Shown here one piece after another: positions 41,078-49,692 of a stretch of DNA of 64,000 nucleotides (its first letter is position 1; each line of letters opens with the position of its first letter). The stretch is from the sequence record PZ386972.1; one strand, written 5' to 3'. This stretch comes from a phage. The notes beneath the pieces were generated by a model. The model was not told the DNA's origin and made no database searches. It saw only the letters and a list, made by a program, of their open reading frames with translations. The translations under genes and the position numbers were made by a program.

Positions 41078-41106
41078 ATTATATAACAAAACTGAGTTGA
41101 AAGCAA
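41078..41106 (-). promoter_or_regulatory. early promoter (TTGCTT, 17 bp, TATAAT)
   Basis: read on minus strand. Confidence 0.55.
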
Positions 41107-41110
41107 GTAC

Positions 41111-41150
41111 ATTTATAAAGAAAAAGCCAAGAACTAGGCATTCTTGGCTT
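41111..41150 (-). terminator. rho-independent terminator after PC4-like gene
   Basis: AAGCCAAGAA / TTCTTGGCTT stem followed by TTTTCTTTAT on minus strand. Confidence 0.7.
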
Positions 41151-41442
41151 TGAGTTCTTCAGCTCGTTTCTGTACTTCATGTAAAACCTCAGATTCGCTA
41201 AGAATCTGTGTAAACGCATAGAAAAGCTGTGATGTTGTTTCTAGGGTGTAAGGAAAAGAGAAGCCAGATTTCGTTGGAAACCATTCATCATTAATATCAA
41301 GAAGCCAGTAACGAATACCCATGTATAGATTCCCACGAAATTCAGATACTGTTAATCTTACTTGTTCCCCCTCCTTCTCCCAAAGTATGATGGACTGGTC
41401 ATCAACGTGTCCTTCATAGTTTTGATTTACCTGTTCGCTCAT
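41134..41442 (-). CDS. PC4-like ssDNA-binding protein
   Basis: 102 aa; VRLTVSEFRGNLYMGIRYW resembles PC4 fold core; a T5 PC4 homolog is described in the literature. Confidence 0.55.
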   Translation of the reverse strand: MSEQVNQNYEGHVDDQSIILWEKEGEQVRLTVSEFRGNLYMGIRYWLLDINDEWFPTKSGFSFPYTLETTSQLFYAFTQILSESEVLHEVQKRAEELKAKNA

Positions 41443-41452
41443 TTACATATCC

Positions 41453-41482
41453 CAAATACACAAAAAGCCCCATATAGGGGCT
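41453..41482 (-). terminator. hairpin terminator
   Basis: AGCCCC-atata-GGGGCT hairpin followed by TTTTTGTGTATTT on minus strand. Confidence 0.6.
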
Positions 41483-41492
41483 AATTGGTTTC

Positions 41493-41789
41493 TTATCGGC
41501 CTACTGGAGAAGCACGATCTAACTCTGATTGGAGGCTAGTCACACGACGGACTTTCTCGACAGGAATAAAACGGAAGCTATCATTAGTACGAGAGAAGAC
41601 AAGGATTTCATCATCTTTCGCTTTACGAATACGTTCACGTTTAATACGCTCAGCCAGATATTTATCTTGGGCTGGATCAAATTCCATCGTACCCTGAAGG
41701 TACGTGGTTCCTTTCTGACGAAGTTTCTCGTAATGAAGATAAAACTCACCAAATTTTTCACATTGTGCGATAATTTCAGCTTTGGTCAT
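41493..41789 (-). CDS. hypothetical protein
   Basis: 98-aa ORF. Confidence 0.4.
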   Translation of the reverse strand: MTKAEIIAQCEKFGEFYLHYEKLRQKGTTYLQGTMEFDPAQDKYLAERIKRERIRKAKDDEILVFSRTNDSFRFIPVEKVRRVTSLQSELDRASPVGR

Positions 41790-41825
41790 AACTGTGTTCC
41801 TTTTGTTGGTGGATTTATCTAAAAA

Positions 41826-42236
41826 TTACTTAGTGATAGCTCGGATTGCTTCTGCCAGATGAGCAGCCGCTTTACCGGTCAGTTTGTCGATAATCGCATC
41901 ATCCAGAAAATCTGGTGCTAGGCCAGCATCAGAGAATGCTGAACGAAGATCGGCGTGAGCTTGGGCTTTGGAGGTACGAGAACCACCGGAAGCTTTTTCT
42001 CCAGTAGATGCGCTAGATTTAGAAGCAGAGCCAGCAGCTTTCTTGATATATACACCTGCTTTGGTCAGCTTCATACGAAAACCGTTCGGAGTTACACCAT
42101 TTTCCTGAGCAATTTCGCTAACAATTTCCATGCTAACACCCGGACGTTCATCCTCTGGGAATTGCTCCATACGAGCAATGTATTCGGAAGACATTTTTTC
42201 GAACAGTTCATCAGTCCACTGAGTTGGAGTAGTCAT
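41826..42236 (-). CDS. D5-like paralog (single HTH-like module, Ser/Ala/Lys-rich linker)
   Basis: 136 aa; QWTDELFEKM...EIVSEIAQENG module resembles repeats in 38061-38828. Confidence 0.45.
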   Translation of the reverse strand: MTTPTQWTDELFEKMSSEYIARMEQFPEDERPGVSMEIVSEIAQENGVTPNGFRMKLTKAGVYIKKAAGSASKSSASTGEKASGGSRTSKAQAHADLRSAFSDAGLAPDFLDDAIIDKLTGKAAAHLAEAIRAITK

Positions 42237-42293
42237 ATTTTATATTTCCTTAATTAAGAATTAAACAGAATAGTTCTTTCAAACTATGAGAAT

Positions 42294-42322
42294 ATTATAT
42301 CAAGAATTATAGGATTAAGCAA
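42294..42322 (-). promoter_or_regulatory. early promoter (TTGCTT, 17 bp, TATAAT)
   Basis: read on minus strand; followed by AAGGAAAT RBS. Confidence 0.6.
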
Positions 42323-42342
42323 CTGAAATTTTTCGGTAACTG

Positions 42343-42630
42343 CTACACATCTAGTTCAACGATCTCCCAATCATCCGCCAATGCTTCCTCTAAGGTTAGA
42401 GATGTGGTTTTCCATGTTGCGTCTTTTATATCGAACTTGGTATATCCATCTTCATTGGGCCACCAGGTAAACTCGACAATATCATTATTATCAACATCTA
42501 CTTTTATAATAGTAGAGTAACAGGTACGAACATCCCAGTTACCCCAGCTATCCCGTTGGAGATATTTTACATCTCCATCTTTAAGCAAATCTGTTAGCTT
42601 ACTCACGGCGTTTTCCTTTCTCTTTATCAA
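42343..42630 (-). CDS. hypothetical protein
   Basis: 95-aa ORF. Confidence 0.4.
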   Translation of the reverse strand: MIKRKENAVSKLTDLLKDGDVKYLQRDSWGNWDVRTCYSTIIKVDVDNNDIVEFTWWPNEDGYTKFDIKDATWKTTSLTLEEALADDWEIVELDV

Positions 42631-43303
42631 GTTTCAAGGCGGCCTTAACAGCTTCGTTAATCAACGTAATAATTTCTTCACGAGTCCACTTATATCCTAG
42701 AGATTTTACGTCTACCCCTAACTTTTCCAGATGTTTAACAGAAGCCAGCTCGTAATTCATATAATGAACGTTCTGTTGTTTGCCTTCTGATAGAAGCCAT
42801 ACACGGTAGCAACCAACAGGATTATCCATTGCTTTTTTGATTTCACCGATACACTGGTATCCAGGAACCCAAACAAGCTCACCAACTGCAAATTCTTCTG
42901 CTACAGCATCATCAGGAATAATCGGAGGATTCAATGGATCTACAATATCATTCAAACGAAGTAGAGCACCATAGCGTTCCAGAACAGATTTAACCATTGC
43001 TACAGAACGATAATTACGATCGGCAATCTCTTCAAAAGAATCACCAGATAAATACTGCTCAATAACGTTGGCTAACTCGATGCCTTCAATGAGTGTGCCA
43101 CGTTTCTTTTTCTTCATTTCGGCAACTTGAATCTGGCGGTCTTGCCATTCTTCAATCATCCTTTCCATAGTTGGATTGGATGATACGCCGAGCATTTCAC
43201 ATGCTGCTTTCTTAGTACCACCGTTCTCCAGATGCTCTATAACCTTTTTAAAGACTTCATCCGGGATTTCATGGATATGTTTCTTTCTGCGAGAACCAGC
43301 CAT
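42599..43303 (-). CDS. putative DNA-binding regulator with two helix-turn-helix-like segments
   Basis: 234 aa; KKAACEMLGVSSNPT and SFEEIADRNYRSVAMVKSVLER HTH-like; directly downstream of PN25-type promoter. Confidence 0.5.
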   Translation of the reverse strand: MAGSRRKKHIHEIPDEVFKKVIEHLENGGTKKAACEMLGVSSNPTMERMIEEWQDRQIQVAEMKKKKRGTLIEGIELANVIEQYLSGDSFEEIADRNYRSVAMVKSVLERYGALLRLNDIVDPLNPPIIPDDAVAEEFAVGELVWVPGYQCIGEIKKAMDNPVGCYRVWLLSEGKQQNVHYMNYELASVKHLEKLGVDVKSLGYKWTREEIITLINEAVKAALKLDKEKGKRRE

Positions 43304-43334
43304 ATTTAAACTCCTCTCTCAAATTTATGAATCT

Positions 43335-43363
43335 ATTATACAGAAAAATTTTCCTGAAAGCAA
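43335..43363 (-). promoter_or_regulatory. strong early promoter matching the T5 PN25 sequence (TTGCTT, 17 bp, TATAAT, then CATAAATTTGAGAGAGGAG)
   Basis: minus-strand sequence TTTATTTGCTTTCAGGAAAATTTTTCTGTATAATAGATTCATAAATTTGAGAGAGGAG recognised from memory as PN25. Confidence 0.8.
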
Positions 43364-43371
43364 ATAAATTT

Positions 43372-43614
43372 TTACGATTCCTTGAGCAAAGAAGCAAGTT
43401 CAGCATAGACTTTATCTAACTCAAAGCCGATGCGAAGAGATACGTTAGTTTTCCGTTGTTTAAGTAACCACTCGGATATGTTAGGGATGCCAGCTAATCT
43501 ATGTGGTACCACCCTACATAGCTTTTCCGAAGTGTCGTAAACAGGAACTTTACGTTCTTTTACTGGGAACTTCCTTGTTTCCCATTTTTTATTCTTCACT
43601 GTCATTTCTAGCAC
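43372..43614 (-). CDS. hypothetical protein
   Basis: 80-aa ORF. Confidence 0.35.
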   Translation of the reverse strand: MLEMTVKNKKWETRKFPVKERKVPVYDTSEKLCRVVPHRLAGIPNISEWLLKQRKTNVSLRIGFELDKVYAELASLLKES

Positions 43615-46378
43615 CTAGCTCTGCCATTGCTTCATCATGCATATGTTTCTCCTCATCAGTCATAAACTTATATGGAATTGGCATACACTCGATTTTACAA
43701 TAAGTTCTGTACCAGTCTACAATATTCTCCGTGTTCATATCCTTACCAATACCCATCATACCAAGATACATTCTTGCATATTTTGGGTTAGCACTCTGAC
43801 CTGTTTTAAGGAAGAAATCTTTCTTTTTACCTTTCAAAGCTTCTATGAATGGTTTGATAGTGACATTTGAACACTTCTTAATATCCTCCCAGAACATCTC
43901 GTGCATCTTATGAAAGAATGCAGCTCTATCATTCGGTTTATCTTTGATATATTGTTCAACATGCTCAACCGTTACATCTTTAATAGACTCAAGATGATAA
44001 TAGCGAACAAGAAGTAGTTTAGCTTCATACGCATCTGCATGGCGGGGGGCACAATAATCAGGAGTTGAGTACAAAATGGCTTTGATTCGCTCTTCTGTAT
44101 ACTCTTTACCTGCACCTTCGATAGTTCCCCAGCTTTCACTGAAAATATCAATAGTTGCACCCTGATCAAGCAAGTAATAACGTAAAGTACTAGTATAGTT
44201 CCTAGACTCCAGCTCCCTGCGACGTGCGTATAATTGCTGTGCTAACTCCAGCCAACCCTCATCAATGTTATATTGTTCAGAACCTGCGGAAAATCCACTC
44301 GTAGATTTATCAATAAAATAATAAATGTTCTGAGCGCCACGGTCGCGCCTGATTGCTTGAAAACGCATGTTTGGCGCTTGGTTACTAGTTCTAGTAATAA
44401 CGAATACGTTATCAAAATAGTTGAAGTCAACACCACTCGTTACGGATGGACTACATAATAAGCAATCAATTTGTTGGTCAATTAGCTCATTAGTTGTGTA
44501 ATCCAGAATACGTCGAATATCCACATCAGACGTAGAGTTTGAGTGGATTTCCTTAACTAACGCACCCGTATTACGACGCAATGCCATGCCCTTCTCATTC
44601 AGTTCATCCGGACCACAGTCAGATACTAGGATAGATTTCTCACCCATCTCTAGGGAAGTCTGAAGTGCAACCCAAATACTGGATTCATCAGGGAACTCAT
44701 AAGCATGAGCTTTTGACAGCATTTTACGATGATGATTATAAAATGCAACCGGTTTATCAAACTCAATCAAAGAACCATATGCTTCAATTGTTTCTGCACT
44801 AATATCCCCATCAGATAATATAATGATTTTTGCAGTTGCAAGAATATCCCGAAGAACCTGAATGCACTCGCGACGTTGTTTAACAACCGGGGCGAATAAT
44901 AGGTCATTCATTACTGCATCACATTCATCAATAAAGATTGCATCAATTTGACCAATAAAACTCTTGAACTTATGCAAAGAGTGAATAGTTGTGGACATAC
45001 GGTCAATAGCACCACGCTTAAAATTAAGCATATCTACAGACTTATCATATTGTCCTGCGCTAAATTTCTTAGCGTTTGAAGATACCAGCGCTCTAGTATT
45101 TGTAACTGCTAAGAAATTACCTTTAATAACTCCTGAATCTAACCAACGCACAACCGCCGTGGTTTTACCTGTACCTAGACTTGCTTTTACAAAAGTCATA
45201 TAACCTTCTGGCGGTACAGTATTTAATTTCAAAAAGTTATCAGTTTCTAGGGAATTAGTTTCTAGCTTTTTAAGTGGAATACCTTTTAAAACATCAGGTA
45301 TATCACGTTTAGAATTATTAACAAACGCTTTCAGAGCCTGTTTACGACCGTTATTAAAGTAATCTTGAATATTACGACTATTATCTTTAGTTGCAATATA
45401 TTCTGATAAGGCTGGACGGATTTCTTTTTCTAGCCATGCAAAATCAACACCATCCTCTAAAGCTCTGTGATAGAGTTTAGGTATGATACGTAGATACACT
45501 CCATCCTCAGCTTCTTCTAGTTCGCTGATAGTTTCCTCTACTTTATCAGAGGCAGCTTTTTTACCTTTAATTTGATCGAGTAAAGAGTAAAACTCCTCCT
45601 TAAACTCACCTCTAGTTGTTTCATAGTCAACCAGATTATTAGGTAAATTTACTTTAGAACCCTTAACAAATACCAGACGTGAAGCACCCTCCGCCTTAAA
45701 CGGATCTACTATACCATCAGTAAATAACGGATCTGCAAAATAATGGAGCTGTACGGAAGAGTAATAAGCTAAGTCGGCAATATCAAAGCCATACTTTTGT
45801 CTACTACTTTCGTTGATAGATGTAAATAAGAATTTGATTTGACCCTGAGTTACTTTAACATTAGATTCTAGTATTAGGTGCATTCGGATACCTGGTTTTA
45901 GCCCAGCCGAAGACGATGCATGAGCGATAAACCCTGCATCGAGAGGAAACATGTCCTCACTAATACTATTTAACATTCTAATAATATGTCGAGCCATGCC
46001 AACAAGATCAAACTTGTTACAACCACCTGTATCTACAATACCATCCACGTCCATTGCAATTATATGACTTGGATTAGATACATTAAAGTTGCCCTTCTTA
46101 CGCCGCACATTATTTTTAGGTGCAAGACATCGACCTCGTACCGCAACGATATGAGGATCAGACGTTAAACGTCTCATAAGAGGGAGCATTTCTACTAGGG
46201 TTTGAGGATCAACTTCATCAATTACATCAAACTTGAAGGGCATTGAAGCTGGTTTACCTTCAGAATGCTTTGAGGAAAATCTTTTAGCAAAAAGATAGTC
46301 TTCTGCTTTAACTTCTCGCCAAATGCCTGTGGCTAAATCGCGATGAAATCCTGCATGACCTTGTAGGATTGAGAACAC
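43589..46378 (-). CDS. primase-polymerase (AEP-like) domain fused to P-loop ATPase/helicase; candidate replication initiator
   Basis: N-terminal IIAMDVDG, GFIAHASSSAG and YFADPL resemble AEP motifs I-III; central Walker A LGTGKTT and Walker B IFIDECD; start placed at GTG after AGGAG, the six-frame ORF extends to 46456 with TTG. Confidence 0.55.
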   Translation of the reverse strand: MFSILQGHAGFHRDLATGIWREVKAEDYLFAKRFSSKHSEGKPASMPFKFDVIDEVDPQTLVEMLPLMRRLTSDPHIVAVRGRCLAPKNNVRRKKGNFNVSNPSHIIAMDVDGIVDTGGCNKFDLVGMARHIIRMLNSISEDMFPLDAGFIAHASSSAGLKPGIRMHLILESNVKVTQGQIKFLFTSINESSRQKYGFDIADLAYYSSVQLHYFADPLFTDGIVDPFKAEGASRLVFVKGSKVNLPNNLVDYETTRGEFKEEFYSLLDQIKGKKAASDKVEETISELEEAEDGVYLRIIPKLYHRALEDGVDFAWLEKEIRPALSEYIATKDNSRNIQDYFNNGRKQALKAFVNNSKRDIPDVLKGIPLKKLETNSLETDNFLKLNTVPPEGYMTFVKASLGTGKTTAVVRWLDSGVIKGNFLAVTNTRALVSSNAKKFSAGQYDKSVDMLNFKRGAIDRMSTTIHSLHKFKSFIGQIDAIFIDECDAVMNDLLFAPVVKQRRECIQVLRDILATAKIIILSDGDISAETIEAYGSLIEFDKPVAFYNHHRKMLSKAHAYEFPDESSIWVALQTSLEMGEKSILVSDCGPDELNEKGMALRRNTGALVKEIHSNSTSDVDIRRILDYTTNELIDQQIDCLLCSPSVTSGVDFNYFDNVFVITRTSNQAPNMRFQAIRRDRGAQNIYYFIDKSTSGFSAGSEQYNIDEGWLELAQQLYARRRELESRNYTSTLRYYLLDQGATIDIFSESWGTIEGAGKEYTEERIKAILYSTPDYCAPRHADAYEAKLLLVRYYHLESIKDVTVEHVEQYIKDKPNDRAAFFHKMHEMFWEDIKKCSNVTIKPFIEALKGKKKDFFLKTGQSANPKYARMYLGMMGIGKDMNTENIVDWYRTYCKIECMPIPYKFMTDEEKHMHDEAMAELGARNDSEE

Positions 46379-46877
46379 AACAATACTCCTGTGTTGGAAA
46401 TGAAATAAGTTTTCTTTAGGACTATTCAGAAAGAATAGAACAACTGTTACTGTCAATTTCTCAACAAATTAATTGCAAATACTGAAGTGGGGTGGCAACT
46501 TCCACTTTCACGCTGCGCTGCTGCTTTGCTATATCGCACAAATCCTTGAGGATGGCCGCTAAGCCAGATTTGCTCACCTAATGCTTCATATACTAGCTCA
46601 TACTAGATGCAATATAACTTACAGAATCACGTCTCGGAGTTTTTCACTCCTCCCGTCTCACTTCACAACCACCTCTATCTAGGTTGCTTCGAGGCCTTAC
46701 CAGGGTTCCTACGGGACGCAGATCGCTAAGTATTCTATTAACTATTTGTTTAAAAACTAACACGTAACAGTTAAAACAACCCTTAATGTGGCAGCCTAAC
46801 TGTTCCGTATCGCGGATTGTAAACAAGAAAAATTAGCAAAATCAATTTTTACTAATGTCTCTCAATTCAATATAAAT

Positions 46878-46906
46878 ATTATACCAAGATTTTGGGCATC
46901 ATGCAA
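46878..46906 (-). promoter_or_regulatory. early promoter (TTGCAT, 17 bp, TATAAT) driving the long leader
   Basis: read on minus strand. Confidence 0.55.
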
Positions 46907-46945
46907 GTAAAATTTTCCGGATGGTGCTATCATTGGTCTTAAGTA

Positions 46946-46974
46946 CGGATAAAACCGAGCCAAAATGACTCGGT
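46946..46974 (-). terminator. rho-independent terminator ending the nrdD-Sir2 operon
   Basis: ACCGAG / CTCGGT stem followed by TTTTATCC on minus strand. Confidence 0.6.
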
Positions 46975-46997
46975 AATCAGAGTTCAGCTAATAAAAA

Positions 46998-47390
46998 TCA
47001 TTCATCATTTAATCCTGGAACATAGATCCCAACACGATTTAATTGTTCTTTAGCTTCTGCGAGAATATCTGGAGTGTACTCCCAAATATCGTCTTCCACC
47101 TGTAAAAGATGGGAAGAACAACCATCATGCGGCACACGACATATGGCCAAACCACGTGGATGGAACAAAGAGAAATTTAGGGCAACAATTAAACCCATAG
47201 CAGACAACTCATTCCAATCCAACTCCCATTCCCCCGCGTAGCCGGATAGGAAAACACCAACACAGGGATCATCTATTTGCTGCTCCGGAAAAGTGAAGGA
47301 GGCTTGTCTTACCCCCAACCAACGTTGTAGCAGCTTCTCCGCACGTTTCACCAAACTAGGATCAATCTGACGCCAATATACTTGTTCCAT
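46998..47390 (-). CDS. hypothetical protein, tandem paralog A
   Basis: 130 aa; shares PCVG ... GEWELDWNELS.MGL..ALN..LF.P ... VPGL pattern with 47400-47828. Confidence 0.45.
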   Translation of the reverse strand: MEQVYWRQIDPSLVKRAEKLLQRWLGVRQASFTFPEQQIDDPCVGVFLSGYAGEWELDWNELSAMGLIVALNFSLFHPRGLAICRVPHDGCSSHLLQVEDDIWEYTPDILAEAKEQLNRVGIYVPGLNDE

Positions 47391-47399
47391 TCTGCCTCC

Positions 47400-47828
47400 T
47401 TAAGCAGTTAAACCTGGGATCATATACCCGAAACGTCGAAGTTTCTGAATCCCATCATTTACTTCTTCCGGTGAGTAAGACCAACCGTAACGTTCATTAA
47501 CCTGAAAACCAGGAGATTCACTAGTTTTATAGTTAACAACAAGGCGATGCTTAGCAGGCATAAACAGCTTATAGTTTAACGCAAAAACTAAGCCCATTTC
47601 ATCTAACTCTTTCCAGCCGACAATTTCTTCAAGACCCTCCTCTACCTGAACAATTAAACCAATACAGGGAGCCTCATCAATATCATCTTTAAAAGCAAAG
47701 GAGATTTCGTTATTCTCACACCATATTTTCAAAGAGTTAATAGCCTCATTATATAGGCTAGCTGGGAGAGTACGCCAAAAGTTAACCAAAATTGGGTTAG
47801 CTTCTTTAGAGAATACATTATTGAACAT
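47400..47828 (-). CDS. hypothetical protein, tandem paralog B
   Basis: 142 aa; paralogous to 46998-47390. Confidence 0.45.
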   Translation of the reverse strand: MFNNVFSKEANPILVNFWRTLPASLYNEAINSLKIWCENNEISFAFKDDIDEAPCIGLIVQVEEGLEEIVGWKELDEMGLVFALNYKLFMPAKHRLVVNYKTSESPGFQVNERYGWSYSPEEVNDGIQKLRRFGYMIPGLTA

Positions 47829-47830
47829 AT

Positions 47831-48337
47831 TTACACCTTAAATTGCTGTAAGGATTTACACATTTCAAGATCCGGACTAAATTCTAGCATATAGCTAACA
47901 GCTTTTAAATCTTGAAGATTTATCCCAGTCCTACCGTTGACTATAACCGTTGGATACTGATACATCATAGCACCCGCATCATCAAGCACACACCAATGTT
48001 TGAGCTTATGCTTTTCAACGAAGCGAAGAACAGAATTACCCCTAGATAATCCACCTCCAGTAAAATCCGTTGTACCAAGAAAGCGATCGATAAGACCTAA
48101 TCCGGTCATAATCTGAACGTTCTCCATCTCATTTCTAACAGAGAACCAAGATGATACCCCAACAATCATTATTGGGGAAGGACGAATAAAGTCCTGAAAA
48201 GCCTTGAGAAGTGGTTTGAAAACCCAGTCACTTCCAAAGAAAATCTTTTCATCATCAGGTGCATGATGGTGGGAGATGCTCGAATTGAGCACCCCATCAA
48301 TATCTAGAAAAATAATTGGAGTATTACTTATTTCCAT
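47831..48337 (-). CDS. HAD-superfamily phosphatase (putative nucleotidase)
   Basis: 168 aa; N-terminal IIFLDIDGVLN matches HAD motif I. Confidence 0.55.
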   Translation of the reverse strand: MEISNTPIIFLDIDGVLNSSISHHHAPDDEKIFFGSDWVFKPLLKAFQDFIRPSPIMIVGVSSWFSVRNEMENVQIMTGLGLIDRFLGTTDFTGGGLSRGNSVLRFVEKHKLKHWCVLDDAGAMMYQYPTVIVNGRTGINLQDLKAVSYMLEFSPDLEMCKSLQQFKV

Positions 48338-48506
48338 TTTTGTTCCTTTCTAAGAACGTATCATACTCAACCGTATCAACATATATAACACCATAGTCAT
48401 CGGATTTATAGTCCATTTCCCACAGCTCACAGCGATAGCACCAACTACCATCAGCCCATACAAATATATCATCGGGATGTGTATAAACAGATTTAACTAT
48501 GGACAT
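48324..48506 (-). CDS. small hypothetical protein (WCYR-motif paralog 1)
   Basis: 60 aa; DIFVWADGSWCYR shared with next ORF. Confidence 0.35.
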   Translation of the reverse strand: MSIVKSVYTHPDDIFVWADGSWCYRCELWEMDYKSDDYGVIYVDTVEYDTFLERNKNGNK

Positions 48507-48682
48507 ACCTGTTTCTCCTCATCTCCAGAGGAGAACCACATATTATCCGTAGTATAGATAATTTTATATGTGTATCCCAACCGTTTTCTTACACTAGGAA
48601 ACCTGTAGGCAAACCTATAACACCAAGTGCCAGACTCAGTTATAAAAATATCCCATTCATTATTTCTTGCTTCTCGACACAT
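48497..48682 (-). CDS. small hypothetical protein (WCYR-motif paralog 2)
   Basis: 61 aa; DIFITESGTWCYR. Confidence 0.35.
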   Translation of the reverse strand: MCREARNNEWDIFITESGTWCYRFAYRFPSVRKRLGYTYKIIYTTDNMWFSSGDEEKQVCP

Positions 48683-49478
48683 AAGGTCTACCCTCTAAAT
48701 GAGCTTCTACACGAGCAATAAAATCAGGATCACTGAAAGCATCTACCGCACCCTTACTCCAATAAGGGATACTACGTTCTTCCAGCTGGTACATCTCACT
48801 ACGAGTCATACCCTGATAGCCTGGCTCCGCTGCTAGGGCACTATCATAGTAGTTAACTACCATAAATTTCGCAGCAGTCCTATTAAGAACAGGAAATAAT
48901 TCCCAGTAGAAGTTAATTACTTGGTTAGAGCAACCAACCACAACGATCATATCTTGGCTGGTAATACCATCAAAAACATTGTACATTTCTGCATATGCTG
49001 GAGCATGCTCTCCAAAGAAGATTACATTAGGTTTAACCCATTTATAATCATCTGGATCAATAGAAGTATATCCTACATCAATAACCAGTTTATTGCTACT
49101 ATTGTAGCTATCAGCTACAACAACCTCTTTTAAATATCCGTGAATGTGCAGAATGTCACTATGTGGAACGCCAGCACGCTCAATAAGGTCATCGACGTTG
49201 GTAGTCAAGTTTACTACTTGACCTGGATATTGTTTATACCATTCACCAATACGCAAATGCGCAAGATTGGGTTCAACAGTTTTTAGCTCTTCACGACGCT
49301 TGTTGTAAAACATATGGGTTTTATGATAAAAATTACCACGAAAGGCATGAATATTACATACTTCTTCTAGATCATAATCATCCCACAATGCTTTACCACT
49401 AGCAGTATCAGTACGAAAAGCTCGTACACCACTTTCAACACTCAAACCTGCACCGCTAATAATAATTAATCTACGCAT
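48660..49478 (-). CDS. Sir2-like (sirtuin family) NAD-dependent deacylase / ADP-ribosyltransferase, zinc-ribbon cysteines absent
   Basis: 272 aa; SGAGLSVESGVRAFR, TTNVDDL, HIHG catalytic His, VVVGCS align to sirtuin motifs; no CxxC pairs in the zinc-module region. Confidence 0.7.
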   Translation of the reverse strand: MRRLIIISGAGLSVESGVRAFRTDTASGKALWDDYDLEEVCNIHAFRGNFYHKTHMFYNKRREELKTVEPNLAHLRIGEWYKQYPGQVVNLTTNVDDLIERAGVPHSDILHIHGYLKEVVVADSYNSSNKLVIDVGYTSIDPDDYKWVKPNVIFFGEHAPAYAEMYNVFDGITSQDMIVVVGCSNQVINFYWELFPVLNRTAAKFMVVNYYDSALAAEPGYQGMTRSEMYQLEERSIPYWSKGAVDAFSDPDFIARVEAHLEGRPYVSRSKK

Positions 49479-49692
49479 TTTTCACCTGTTCTCTGAAGTT
49501 TTGCCCAATACTGTCTAATAGCTCAGCTAATTCTTTATTGCCTTTCTCCGTTAAGGTATTAGCAATAACTTCTAGCATAGTAGCGCAGGATTCAACACCG
49601 TCCTTATAGCCAGCTTCCCATTGCTGCATTAATGCGTTTTCCAAAGCAGCGTTTAAACCCTTATCTGGTAGCATCGGCTTCGAGAATGCCAT
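49471..49692 (-). CDS. hypothetical protein
   Basis: 73-aa ORF. Confidence 0.35.
   Translation of the reverse strand: MAFSKPMLPDKGLNAALENALMQQWEAGYKDGVESCATMLEVIANTLTEKGNKELAELLDSIGQNFREQVKNA

Larger units (their letters stand above)
46457..46997 (-). other. about 540-bp non-coding region: promoter plus long structured leader upstream of primase-helicase gene
   Basis: no credible ORF; several hairpins; lies between a terminator and the initiator-like gene. Confidence 0.5.

Noticed and set aside
46644-46826. 60-aa ORF in the non-coding leader
   Set aside because: Starts with TTG, has no RBS, and lies within the structured leader; more likely non-coding.
46457-46997. Possible tRNA gene in the ORF-free region
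   Set aside because: No GGTTCGAATCC-type T-loop or cloverleaf arrangement could be identified by eye; would need a tRNA scan to exclude fully.
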